Assembly (NCBI GenBank): GCA_045634545.1
Contig: JAZRAL010000009.1
Span: forward strand, 6,470-70,469
DNA from: Alphaproteobacteria bacterium
Lineage (GTDB): Bacteria; Pseudomonadota; Alphaproteobacteria; RF32; CAG-239
Length of the DNA stretch: 64,000 nt
Reading direction: 5' to 3'
This document shows, piece after piece, positions 1 through 7,984 of this stretch. The notes beneath the pieces are model-generated. The model searched no databases. It was given only the letters and a program-made list of their open reading frames with translations, and was not told the DNA's origin. Numbering within the stretch: position 1 is the first letter of the stretch; each line of letters opens with the position of its first letter. The position numbers and the translations under genes were made by a program.

Positions 1-1
1 A

Positions 2-373
2 ACCATTGCTCCAAAACCAGCTACAGAAACAAACACAACTGATGTAAAAGAATTTCCGTCATTCCTCACATCAGAAAATTACTTAAAACAAGTAAAAACA
101 CCTAAAGCAGAAACTCCTTCAGAACCAATAAATATAGAAGAAGGCTTAAAAGCTATTCGCCAAGAACTTATCTCAGAAAAACCTAAATCAACACAAACAA
201 TAACCACCTTTGCAAGCACACAATCTGCTTTACGCAACATCAAACCAACAGTGCAAAAAGCAAAAGTGATTTCAGTTGATGAGCTAGAAAAAGAGATAAA
301 TGCATCTCCAGAAAACAATTATGACACATCAATTAGCCCTTTAGGGGATTGGTTAGATGAAAAAAAGAATTAG
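2..373 (+). CDS. 3' end of an upstream hypothetical protein, truncated at the 5' end by the window
   Basis: Frame 2 is open from the window edge to a TAG at 371-373, overlapping the next start by 17 nt. The sequence is low-complexity and K/E/T-rich. No family recognised. Confidence 0.3.
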   Translation, partial: TIAPKPATETNTTDVKEFPSFLTSENYLKQVKTPKAETPSEPINIEEGLKAIRQELISEKPKSTQTITTFASTQSALRNIKPTVQKAKVISVDELEKEINASPENNYDTSISPLGDWLDEKKN

Positions 374-2168
374 TCTAATCCTTTTTTCTTTTATATCTCT
401 ACTAAACATATCTTCTGCTAGCGCACTAGATAAAAATGTTCTAATCACAGATGTTCTAACCATAAATAGCGCACCAAAATACTCTTCTGATTTTACACAT
501 TTTGATTATACAAACCCCAATGCCCCTAAAAAAGGCAAAATAACTCTCCCAGCATATGGCACATTTGATAACTTTAACCCATATATATTCAAAGGTACAG
601 CCTCAACAGAAACCGCATCACTAACTTTAGATAGTCTAGCTATAACTCCAGCAGATGATATCGGTTCCGCCTATCCTCTTATTGCCGAAAAGTTTGAACT
701 ACCTAAAGACAAATCTTTCGTTGGATTCTTTATCAATCCAAATGCAAAGTTTCATGACGGCACACAAATCACCGCAGATGATGTAATTTTTAGCTTCAAT
801 TCACTAATCACCAAAGGATCACCAATCTATAAATTCTATTATCAAGATGTAGAAAAAGCAGTTAAAATATCCCCCTCACACGTTCGTTTTTATTTTAAAC
901 CTAATACCAAAAACAGAGAACTACCGTTAATCCTTGCGTCGCTTAAAATATTCTCTAAAGAAGATTTTAAAGACAAATCTTTTGACAAACCAACCCTAAC
1001 TCCCCCTCTTGGAAATGGTCCGTATCAAGTAAAATCATTTGATGCAGGTAAATATATAGTTTTAACAAGAAACCCAAATTACTGGGCAAAAGACCTTCCA
1101 TCACGTAGAGGTTTTTTCAATTTTGATGAAATAAAATATGATTACTATCAAGACACAACCGTAACCTTACAAGCTTTATTCTCAAAAAACATTGACCTAA
1201 GATTAGAATATATCGCAAAAACTTGGGCAACAGCCTACAATAACGAGCTCATAAATAGTGGAAAAATAAAAAAACAAGCCATTACCCACACTCGCCCTGC
1301 AACAAATCAGTTTTTTGCTTTCAACACTAGAAAAGAAAAATTTTCATCCCCAAAAGTTCGCAAAGCAATAGAGCTTGCCTTCAATTTCCCTTGGGCAAAT
1401 AAAAACCTTTTTTACAATCAATATCAAAGATTAAATAGCTTCTTTACCAACACACCATACCAAGCAACCAATACTCCAACAGATAAAGAGTTAGATATCT
1501 TATTACAATATGAAAAAGACCTTGATGAAAAGATATTTACAACACCAACTGAAGAATTTTTTAGAAACGACAATCTATCAGATAGAGAAAATCTAAAAAT
1601 AGCAGTCAAATTGTTACAATCCGCCGGTTATGATTTTATCAACGAAAAGATGTGTAATCTACAAACAGGCGCACCTCTAGAGTTCGAAATTGTAATAAAC
1701 TCTGCCAATGGTCATACATTTACCCGAGTATTACTACCATTTATCGAAAATCTTAGAAAAATTGGCATAAAAGCCACAACTCGCATATTAGAAATCAATA
1801 CCTATAAAAACAAACTAGATAATTTTGATTTTGATATCATTGTAGGAGGATTTGGCGGAATATCAATGCCTGGAACAGAACAATACGACCTATGGGGCTC
1901 ACAATCCGCAGATACCAAAGGCTCAAATAATCTAATCGGCATAAAAGACCCAATAATAGATGACCTAATCAAAAAAATCGTTGAAACCGAAGATGCAGAG
2001 CAATACACGGCCTATGTTAAAGCATTAGATAGAATTTTACTATTTAACCATTACGTTATCTTTAATTGGTACTCAGCAACAGACAGAATTGCATATTGGG
2101 ATAAATTTGATTTCCCCAAAAATCAAACAACTGGCGTAGATATAAATACTTGGTGGATGAAGGAATAA
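357..2168 (+). CDS. ABC transporter periplasmic substrate-binding protein, family 5 (OppA/DppA/YejA-like)
   Basis: 603 aa with an N-terminal signal peptide (LLNISSASA). Size and overall similarity fit SBP_bac_5 oligopeptide/microcin-type binders. It is followed 4 nt downstream by a permease gene. Confidence 0.8.
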   Translation: MKKRISLILFSFISLLNISSASALDKNVLITDVLTINSAPKYSSDFTHFDYTNPNAPKKGKITLPAYGTFDNFNPYIFKGTASTETASLTLDSLAITPADDIGSAYPLIAEKFELPKDKSFVGFFINPNAKFHDGTQITADDVIFSFNSLITKGSPIYKFYYQDVEKAVKISPSHVRFYFKPNTKNRELPLILASLKIFSKEDFKDKSFDKPTLTPPLGNGPYQVKSFDAGKYIVLTRNPNYWAKDLPSRRGFFNFDEIKYDYYQDTTVTLQALFSKNIDLRLEYIAKTWATAYNNELINSGKIKKQAITHTRPATNQFFAFNTRKEKFSSPKVRKAIELAFNFPWANKNLFYNQYQRLNSFFTNTPYQATNTPTDKELDILLQYEKDLDEKIFTTPTEEFFRNDNLSDRENLKIAVKLLQSAGYDFINEKMCNLQTGAPLEFEIVINSANGHTFTRVLLPFIENLRKIGIKATTRILEINTYKNKLDNFDFDIIVGGFGGISMPGTEQYDLWGSQSADTKGSNNLIGIKDPIIDDLIKKIVETEDAEQYTAYVKALDRILLFNHYVIFNWYSATDRIAYWDKFDFPKNQTTGVDINTWWMKE

Positions 2169-2172
2169 CATC

Positions 2173-3237
2173 ATGCGAAACTACATAATAAAAAGATTAT
2201 TGCTAATCCCCTTTACACTATTTGGAATATTGCTAATAAATTTTGCAATTGTACAACTAGCCCCAGGTGGCCCAGTTGAGTATATGCTTGCTCAATACAA
2301 AGGCATACAAACTTCTGCAACTGGAAATATCAATTCCGGAGTTCCAAACCTCAACGAACAAAAATACCAAGGCTCCAAAGGAGTGCCAGAAGATTTAGTA
2401 AAAGAACTAGAAAAACAATTTGGTTTTGATAAACCTGTACATATCCGCTTTATCAAAATGCTAAAAGATTATGCAACCTTTGATTTTGGAAAAAGCTACT
2501 ACAAAGACAAAACCGTAATACAGCTAATCAAAGAGCGTTTACCTATTTCAATTTCATTAGGTTTATGGTCAACCATTTTAATATATTTAATAGCAATCCC
2601 ACTTGGCATAAAAAAAGCTCGTCTAGATGGCGAACAATTTGATGTAATAAGCTCATTTATTATATTTATAGGCTCTGCTATTCCGGTCTTTTTATTCGCT
2701 GTGTTACTTATTGTTTTATTTGCTGGAGGAACATATTTTAACCTCTTCCCACTTCGTGGATTAACTTCAGATGGCTGGGAAAACTTTACCCTAATACACA
2801 AAATCCTAGATTATTTCTGGCATATAGCCCTACCAACAATCTGTATAGTAATCGGAGGAGTTGCCTCACTTACAATGCTAACCAAAAATTCTTTCATAGA
2901 TGAGCTTAGCAAACAATATGTTTTAACAGCCAAAGCCAAAGGCTTAAAAGATAAACAAATCCTTTACCACCACGTTTTTAGAAACGCTATGATGATAATA
3001 ATCGCAGGACTTCCTGCATTATTAATCAAAATCCTATTTACTGGCTCACTATTAATAGAAATAATCTTTAGCCTAAATGGTATGGGATTACTTGGATATG
3101 AAGCCATAATGACCAGAGATTACCCTGTAATTTTTGGCACGCTTTACATTTTTGCACTACTTGGTTTGGTGTTAAAACTAATAAGCGACCTAACATATTC
3201 ACTAGTAGATCCACGTATAAACTTTGATAAAATATAA
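2173..3237 (+). CDS. ABC transporter permease (OppB/DppB/YejB-like)
   Basis: 354 aa, multi-TM, typical BPD_transp_1 permease. N-terminus MRNYIIKRLLLIPFTLFGILLINFAIVQLAPGGP matches the Opp/Dpp/YejB family. Confidence 0.8.
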   Translation: MRNYIIKRLLLIPFTLFGILLINFAIVQLAPGGPVEYMLAQYKGIQTSATGNINSGVPNLNEQKYQGSKGVPEDLVKELEKQFGFDKPVHIRFIKMLKDYATFDFGKSYYKDKTVIQLIKERLPISISLGLWSTILIYLIAIPLGIKKARLDGEQFDVISSFIIFIGSAIPVFLFAVLLIVLFAGGTYFNLFPLRGLTSDGWENFTLIHKILDYFWHIALPTICIVIGGVASLTMLTKNSFIDELSKQYVLTAKAKGLKDKQILYHHVFRNAMMIIIAGLPALLIKILFTGSLLIEIIFSLNGMGLLGYEAIMTRDYPVIFGTLYIFALLGLVLKLISDLTYSLVDPRINFDKI

Positions 3238-3275
3238 AAAAAGCGGTAGTTTTACCTACCGCTTAAAATTTAATC
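3236..3275 (-). terminator. Rho-independent terminator: hairpin GCGGTAG-N6-CTACCGC followed by a T-run on the minus strand
   Basis: aaaaaaagcggtagttttacctaccgcttaaaattt. The minus strand reads hairpin plus TTTTTTT, directly after the ankyrin gene ending at 3284. It can also act weakly for yejB on the plus strand. Confidence 0.6.
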
Positions 3276-3283
3276 ATAAATTC

Positions 3284-4045
3284 TTATCTATCTAACTCAT
3301 TAAAACCAATCTTTTCACTTGTTTTTATATTTCTTTTCTTAACTGCATTAATTATCACTTTTCTTATTTTTACATCATCATTTGCATATAATATTGCCGA
3401 CTTTCCCCACCTATCTCTAGCATTAACATTTGCTCCATTTTGAATTAATAACCTTATAATATCCCTATAACCTCTGCGTGAAGCCTCCATCAAAACTGTT
3501 ACCCCATCTTTATCTCTAGCATTAACATTTGCTCCATTTTGAATTAATATTTCTACAATCTCTTTATGTCCATTCATTGCAGCTATAAAAATTGGCGTAT
3601 ATCTATAGTTATCCTTTGCATTAACATTAGCCCCTTTTTGAATTAATAACTCAACAACTTCCTTCAGACCTTTTTTTGACGCATCCATTAAAGTTGTTCT
3701 CCCCCACCAACCTTTGGCTTTAAGATATGCGCCCATATCAATCAATTCTTTAATTTCATTAATATCCGGATTTTCATCATCACAAATCAAACTTATTTTT
3801 TCGCCAATTTCTTTAGCTTTTTCTTCATCAAAAATTTCTTTTGCTCCATTTTTCTCAAGCAATTCACATATTCGATTAGCTTCTTTTGATTTTGCATACA
3901 AAAGAACCGAATTTGCCCCACACATAATATTAACATTCACCCCTAACTTAACAAGCATATCAATCTTAGCTAGCTTTAAATACTCCGCCATTTCTTTATC
4001 TTTGATTATATCGATTAATTGCTTTTCTAAGATATTCTCGCTCAT
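3284..4045 (-). CDS. Ankyrin-repeat protein (paralog 1)
   Basis: 253 aa. Multiple ANK repeats (e.g. GRTTLMDASKKGLKEVVELLIQKGANVNAKD, repeated about 4 times). N-terminus MSENILEKQLIDIIKDKEMAEYLKLAKIDMLVKLGVNVN is shared with four other ORFs in the window. Confidence 0.85.
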   Translation of the reverse strand: MSENILEKQLIDIIKDKEMAEYLKLAKIDMLVKLGVNVNIMCGANSVLLYAKSKEANRICELLEKNGAKEIFDEEKAKEIGEKISLICDDENPDINEIKELIDMGAYLKAKGWWGRTTLMDASKKGLKEVVELLIQKGANVNAKDNYRYTPIFIAAMNGHKEIVEILIQNGANVNARDKDGVTVLMEASRRGYRDIIRLLIQNGANVNARDRWGKSAILYANDDVKIRKVIINAVKKRNIKTSEKIGFNELDR

Positions 4046-4116
4046 TTTTGCCCCTTTTATCTCAAAACATAGCCTATTTTATCACAAAATCACCCACTTT
4101 GCAACAAATATCTCCT
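4046..4116 (-). promoter_or_regulatory. Conserved leader/5' UTR of the ankyrin paralog family
   Basis: ttttgcccc..ctcaaaacatagcctattttatcacaaaatcacccactttgcaacaaatatctcc recurs almost identically at 4947-5020 and, shortened, at 20452-20510. Each copy lies directly upstream of an ankyrin start codon. Confidence 0.55.
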
Positions 4117-4147
4117 CAAACGTCATCCTTGATTACATTCCTAACCT

Positions 4148-4186
4148 ATCATCCCTCGATTGCGTCTAGCAATCGTCAAGGGGGAT
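4148..4186. repeat. 38-bp palindromic repeat (copy A): tcatCCCTCGATTGCgtctaGCAATCGTCAAGGGgga
   Basis: Imperfect inverted repeat with arms CCCTCGATTGC and GCAATCGTCAAGGG. Near-identical copies lie at 17308-17345 and 20530-20567, with a degenerate copy at 5021-5045. About 100 bp upstream of the ankyrin 1 start codon. Confidence 0.6.
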
Positions 4187-4190
4187 CATT

Positions 4191-4946
4191 CTAGTCTCCC
4201 ATTCCAAAACCTTTTTTAATTTTATAAAGAAAACTATTCTTATTTCTAGCATCCTCTAACATTTTCTTTACTTTATCATTTTCTACCAAATCAAGAGCTG
4301 TTTTTCCTCTATTATCCTTAGCCTCAATGTCCGCCCCTTTTTCTAATAACAGTTCTACAACTTCACTATGACCTCTACGAGAAGCCCACATAAGCGAAGT
4401 CTGTCCATCTTCATCCTTAGCCTCAATATCCGCCCCTTTTTCTAATAACAATTTTACAGCTTCACTACACCCTCTGTAAGAAGCCCATATAAGCGAAGTA
4501 TCTCCATCTACATTTTTAGCCTCAATATCCGCCCCTTTTTCTAATAATACCTTAACTACATCACTATGACCATTTGATGAAGCCCATATAAGCGAAGTAT
4601 ATCCATTATTATCTTTAGCTTCAATATCCGCCCCTTTATTTATTAACTCTTTTACTTTTTCAAAATTTATTTCTTTCTGACCACATTCTTTAATCAACTC
4701 TTGCCCTAATTCTTCTGCCTTTTCTTCATCAATAAAATCTCTAGCCTTGTTGGCTTTTAGCATTTTTGCAATTTTAATTTCATTTAATTCATTTGCGAGC
4801 TTTAAGGCAGACTTTGCGCCATACAAAGCATTTACATCAACTCCAAGTTTAATTAGCATATCAAGTTTTGCAAGTTTAATATGCTCTGCCATATCCTCAT
4901 CTTTAATAATCTCAAATAACTGCTTTTCTAAGATATTTTCACTCAT
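4191..4946 (-). CDS. Ankyrin-repeat protein (paralog 2)
   Basis: 251 aa with the conserved N-terminal module MSENILEKQLFEIIKDEDMAEHIKLAKLDML. ANK repeats present (GYTSLIWASSNGHSDVVKVLLEKGADIEAK x4). C-terminal tail ends in KKGFGMGD. Confidence 0.85.
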   Translation of the reverse strand: MSENILEKQLFEIIKDEDMAEHIKLAKLDMLIKLGVDVNALYGAKSALKLANELNEIKIAKMLKANKARDFIDEEKAEELGQELIKECGQKEINFEKVKELINKGADIEAKDNNGYTSLIWASSNGHSDVVKVLLEKGADIEAKNVDGDTSLIWASYRGCSEAVKLLLEKGADIEAKDEDGQTSLMWASRRGHSEVVELLLEKGADIEAKDNRGKTALDLVENDKVKKMLEDARNKNSFLYKIKKGFGMGD

Positions 4947-5020
4947 TTTTGCCCCGTTTTTCTAAAAAACATAGCCTATTTTATCACAAAATCACCCACT
5001 TTGCAACAAATATCTCCCCC
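4947..5020 (-). promoter_or_regulatory. Conserved ankyrin-family leader (copy 2) followed by a degenerate palindrome remnant at 5021-5045
   Basis: ttttgccccgtttttctaaaaaacatagcctattttatcacaaaatcacccactttgcaacaaatatctcc, then aaagtcatcccacaattgctccctc, a decayed version of the 38-bp palindrome. Confidence 0.5.
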
Positions 5021-5100
5021 AAAAGTCATCCCACAATTGCTCCCTCTTTTTATTTATCACGCCTTGTTTTGCATCGAAATTATCAAAAAATCTACAATAT

Positions 5101-5135
5101 AAAAAAAGCGGTAGTTTTAGCTACCGCTCAATATT
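5101..5135 (-). terminator. Rho-independent terminator of the phosphofructokinase gene; same hairpin sequence as at 3236-3275
   Basis: aaaaaaagcggtagttttagctaccgctc: hairpin GCGGTAG/CTACCGC plus a T-run on the minus strand, directly after the pfk stop at 5154. Confidence 0.6.
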
Positions 5136-5153
5136 CAAAAATAAAGTACAATC

Positions 5154-6236
5154 TTATTTTACTTCACCAACATACATACCCATCTCAATAGCCGCTCTAA
5201 CATAAACGCTATCTTTATTAAGCATTGTTGTACCTTCTGCAACAACTTCTTCTAAAGGATATGTTTCAAGTTTATCACCATTTAAGGCAACCATAACATC
5301 TGTATGACCTTCTTTTAACAACTCAACAGCTTTAGCCCCAAAAGCACAAGCAAGAGCTCTATCAAAAGCAGTAGGATCACCAGCACGTTGAACGTGACCA
5401 AGTTTTGTAACTCTAGTTTGGAATTCACTATATTTAGCATTAATAGCAGAGCTCAAATATTCACCAATACCGCCATTAATTTTTTCACCAATAAGGTTCT
5501 TTGCACCAGAAACCATTTCGCCACTTTCTGTATGAACACCTTCAGAAACAACGATAACAGCATGTTTTCTACCACTTGCTTTAACAGCTTTCAATTTGTT
5601 AATAATACCATCAATTGTATATGGAATTTCAGGAACCAAACAAACATCCGCAAAACCAGCCACAGCAGAATGCATTGCCAAGTGACCTGTATCACGACCC
5701 ATAACTTCCAAAATCAAAGCTCTTTGGTGAGAACGAGCTGTTTTCCATAAAGCATCAACAGCTTCAACACAAACTTTGCAAGCAGAGTTAAAACCAACAG
5801 AATATTGTGTTAAAGGAGTATCGTTATCAATAGTTTTTGGAATACCAACCATTCTAACACCAGCATTTCGACAATAGTTGCTAACGATATTCATACTACC
5901 GTCACCACCAACTACAACAACAGCGTCCAAACCTAATTCACGAACACCATCGCCAAAACGTTTAGAAATTTCTGCTTGAGATTCCAACTTAACACCTTTA
6001 TTCAAAGAACCTAAGTATGAACCGGCAATTCTTGGCCATGGAGTATCAGAAAAATTACGTGTAGTCAAAAGCTCATAAGAAAGAGGAGCTTCTGTTAAAC
6101 CATCTGTACCATTGTGAATACCATAAACTTCCCAACCATATTTAGCTGCAGAATTAACCACAGACATCACAACAGCGTTAAGTCCTGCACAGTCACCACC
6201 ACTTGTTAAAATACCGATTTTTTTTATTTCAGTCAT
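5154..6236 (-). CDS. pfkA: 6-phosphofructokinase (PfkA family). The GGDGS motif suggests ATP dependence, but PPi dependence is not excluded.
   Basis: 360 aa. N-terminus MTEIKKIGILTSGGDCAGLNAVV carries the PFK signature. VVVVGGDGS and IPKTIDNDT motifs are present. Confidence 0.8.
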   Translation of the reverse strand: MTEIKKIGILTSGGDCAGLNAVVMSVVNSAAKYGWEVYGIHNGTDGLTEAPLSYELLTTRNFSDTPWPRIAGSYLGSLNKGVKLESQAEISKRFGDGVRELGLDAVVVVGGDGSMNIVSNYCRNAGVRMVGIPKTIDNDTPLTQYSVGFNSACKVCVEAVDALWKTARSHQRALILEVMGRDTGHLAMHSAVAGFADVCLVPEIPYTIDGIINKLKAVKASGRKHAVIVVSEGVHTESGEMVSGAKNLIGEKINGGIGEYLSSAINAKYSEFQTRVTKLGHVQRAGDPTAFDRALACAFGAKAVELLKEGHTDVMVALNGDKLETYPLEEVVAEGTTMLNKDSVYVRAAIEMGMYVGEVK

Positions 6237-6452
6237 ACTTTTTTCCTATTTCAAATAAAGTTCATTTTACATATTATTGCACTCATACTTTATATTTTTT
6301 ATATAAACTAGTATAAAAATACTTTTTTTCACTATTTTTTTAATTTTGCAATCAAAACTTCTTGATTTTTATCAAAAAATAGTGTATACTTAGCGCAGAA
6401 AATAAGAATCGCACTAACGCGACATAACAATTTATCGAGGAGTTAAAATAAA

Positions 6453-6665
6453 ATGGCTAATTCAAATTCTTTCAGTAAGCTACAAATCCAACTTTGTGAG
6501 CTTAAATTAGAAGAAAGAAGAGTTAAATCAGACATTACTAAATTAGTAAAAAATAAACAAATGATTGACTTTTATCAAGCTCAACAATTAAACAAACAAA
6601 AAACAAGTTTAAAAAACAAAATTCAAAGTTTGGAAACTATTGTAAACCCAAACATCATTGCGTAA
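6453..6665 (+). CDS. Small coiled-coil hypothetical protein, 70 aa (possibly DUF465-like)
   Basis: Strong RBS (cgaggag) 8 nt upstream of the ATG. Heptad-like K/L/Q-rich sequence. No family assigned with confidence. Confidence 0.35.
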   Translation: MANSNSFSKLQIQLCELKLEERRVKSDITKLVKNKQMIDFYQAQQLNKQKTSLKNKIQSLETIVNPNIIA

Positions 6666-6729
6666 TTGCCGTATAAAAAGGTTTTTATGTAAAAGCCCTT
6701 TTTTGCGCTAAAATTTTAGGTAACAGATT

Positions 6730-7884
6730 ATGAAAAACAGCAAATATAGCACATTTATTTACGTTATATTTGCTGTTTTTATTTTTGCCTCTGCTATATA
6801 CACTCTATTTTTCTACAAAACAGATTTCTTAAAAATTTTTGTAGTATACTACAAACCTGCTCCACTTATAAAAACAGAAATATTTGAACCTATTCAAGGT
6901 GGTCGAGCAATATCTAACACCCCGTCAAGGGCTGGAACATTTACAAACGAAGAAATCACTTGGCTAAAAAATAATATGATAGGTGATGACCAAAAAGATA
7001 ACATATCTCACCTAAATCGCTATTTTGCAGAAATAACCGCCCTTTATTGGATATATAAAAACACATCATCACCATATGTTGGAATGTTCCAGTATAGACG
7101 TTTTTTAAGCCTAAACAACAATGCAAAATATCCAATAAAAGAATTTCCATCTATGCGCTTTAGACATTTAGGGATAAACCACCTGAAAGGATTCTCCAAA
7201 GAATTCCTTCGAGATTTAGAGTTAGAAAAAAAATTCATTCTCCCATGGTTTGCAACACACGATATTTTGGTTTCAGAACCAATAAAACTAAACACCTATG
7301 AGCAATACCAAAAAGAGCACATCATATCAGACCTAGATAAAGCTCTAGAAATAATAAAACAAAAATACCCCGAAATGCACTCTTTTGCCATAGAAGAATT
7401 AAATAGTGATAGAGGCTTCTACCCAACAAATATGTTCATAACCAGAAGAGAAATCCTAAACAATTATGGTAATTGGCTTTTTAGCATTCTACTTCCACTG
7501 TATGAAGACATAAAAGAAGATTTAGAAACAAGAGACACTGAACAAAAATTAGCATTAGCTTATTTATCTGAAAGATTGTTTACTATATATTTTCGCTATC
7601 AACAAAAATTTAACGGTTTGCGCATAAAAGAATTTCCATTTGCACTTGCTTCAAACTTCTTTGAACCATCTCCAAACTCAGAAATAATCAACCTAAAAAC
7701 CTCAAATTGGCAAGATATTTTTGTAAAACAAGAAAATGATAGAATTTGTGGCTATAACAATCCAGACTTCTTCTGTGGCAAATTCAAAATATTACCGCCA
7801 AACAGATTACAAGTAAAATGGGATAACCACAAAACCACATACTTTAAACACACCAATCAAAACAACTTCGTTCTTGAAAAATAG
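6730..7884 (+). CDS. DUF4422-domain protein (putative polysaccharide-biosynthesis glycosyltransferase-like) with an N-terminal TM anchor
   Basis: IFVVYYKPAPL..IFEPIQGGRAISN..GDDQKDNISHLNRYFAEITALYWIYKN..YVGMFQYRRFL matches the DUF4422 consensus as I remember it (HK..PIQvGa..GD.tGDNIS..N..y.ElTa.YW.WKN..y.Gl.HYRR). Confidence 0.6.
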   Translation: MKNSKYSTFIYVIFAVFIFASAIYTLFFYKTDFLKIFVVYYKPAPLIKTEIFEPIQGGRAISNTPSRAGTFTNEEITWLKNNMIGDDQKDNISHLNRYFAEITALYWIYKNTSSPYVGMFQYRRFLSLNNNAKYPIKEFPSMRFRHLGINHLKGFSKEFLRDLELEKKFILPWFATHDILVSEPIKLNTYEQYQKEHIISDLDKALEIIKQKYPEMHSFAIEELNSDRGFYPTNMFITRREILNNYGNWLFSILLPLYEDIKEDLETRDTEQKLALAYLSERLFTIYFRYQQKFNGLRIKEFPFALASNFFEPSPNSEIINLKTSNWQDIFVKQENDRICGYNNPDFFCGKFKILPPNRLQVKWDNHKTTYFKHTNQNNFVLEK

Positions 7885-7984
7885 CTTAAAAATACTATTT
7901 ATTCCCCATAAATTAACACAACTTAAAGTTTTTTTCTTTATAAAATAACCAATATACTTAATTTTAATTAATTGGAAAAAACAA

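Noticed and set aside
79-318. Minus-strand 79-aa ORF at the window start
   Set aside because: Antisense to an open plus-strand frame that runs from the window edge into the SBP gene start. No RBS. Hydrophobic low-complexity translation.
2499-2801. Numerous 60-150-aa ORFs antisense to or nested in large conserved genes (e.g. 2499-2801, 8119-8547, 23364-23633, 29629-30012, 39080-39511, 43769-44035, 59708-60109)
   Set aside because: All overlap well-supported conserved CDSs on the opposite strand or in another frame and have no independent support (RBS, homology).
3714-4169. Plus-strand ORFs inside the ankyrin genes (3714-4169, 4747-4965, 18406-18669, 18759-19271, 19995-20240)
   Set aside because: They are antisense to strongly supported ANK-repeat CDSs. 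They are low-complexity S/L/I/F-rich translations produced by the repetitive AT-rich template, with no RBS or homology.
5154-6236. Calling the phosphofructokinase PPi-dependent (pfp)
   Set aside because: The sequence has GGDGS (Gly, not Asp, at the position that distinguishes ATP- from PPi-PFKs), so PPi dependence is not supported by the sequence. Left as PfkA-family.
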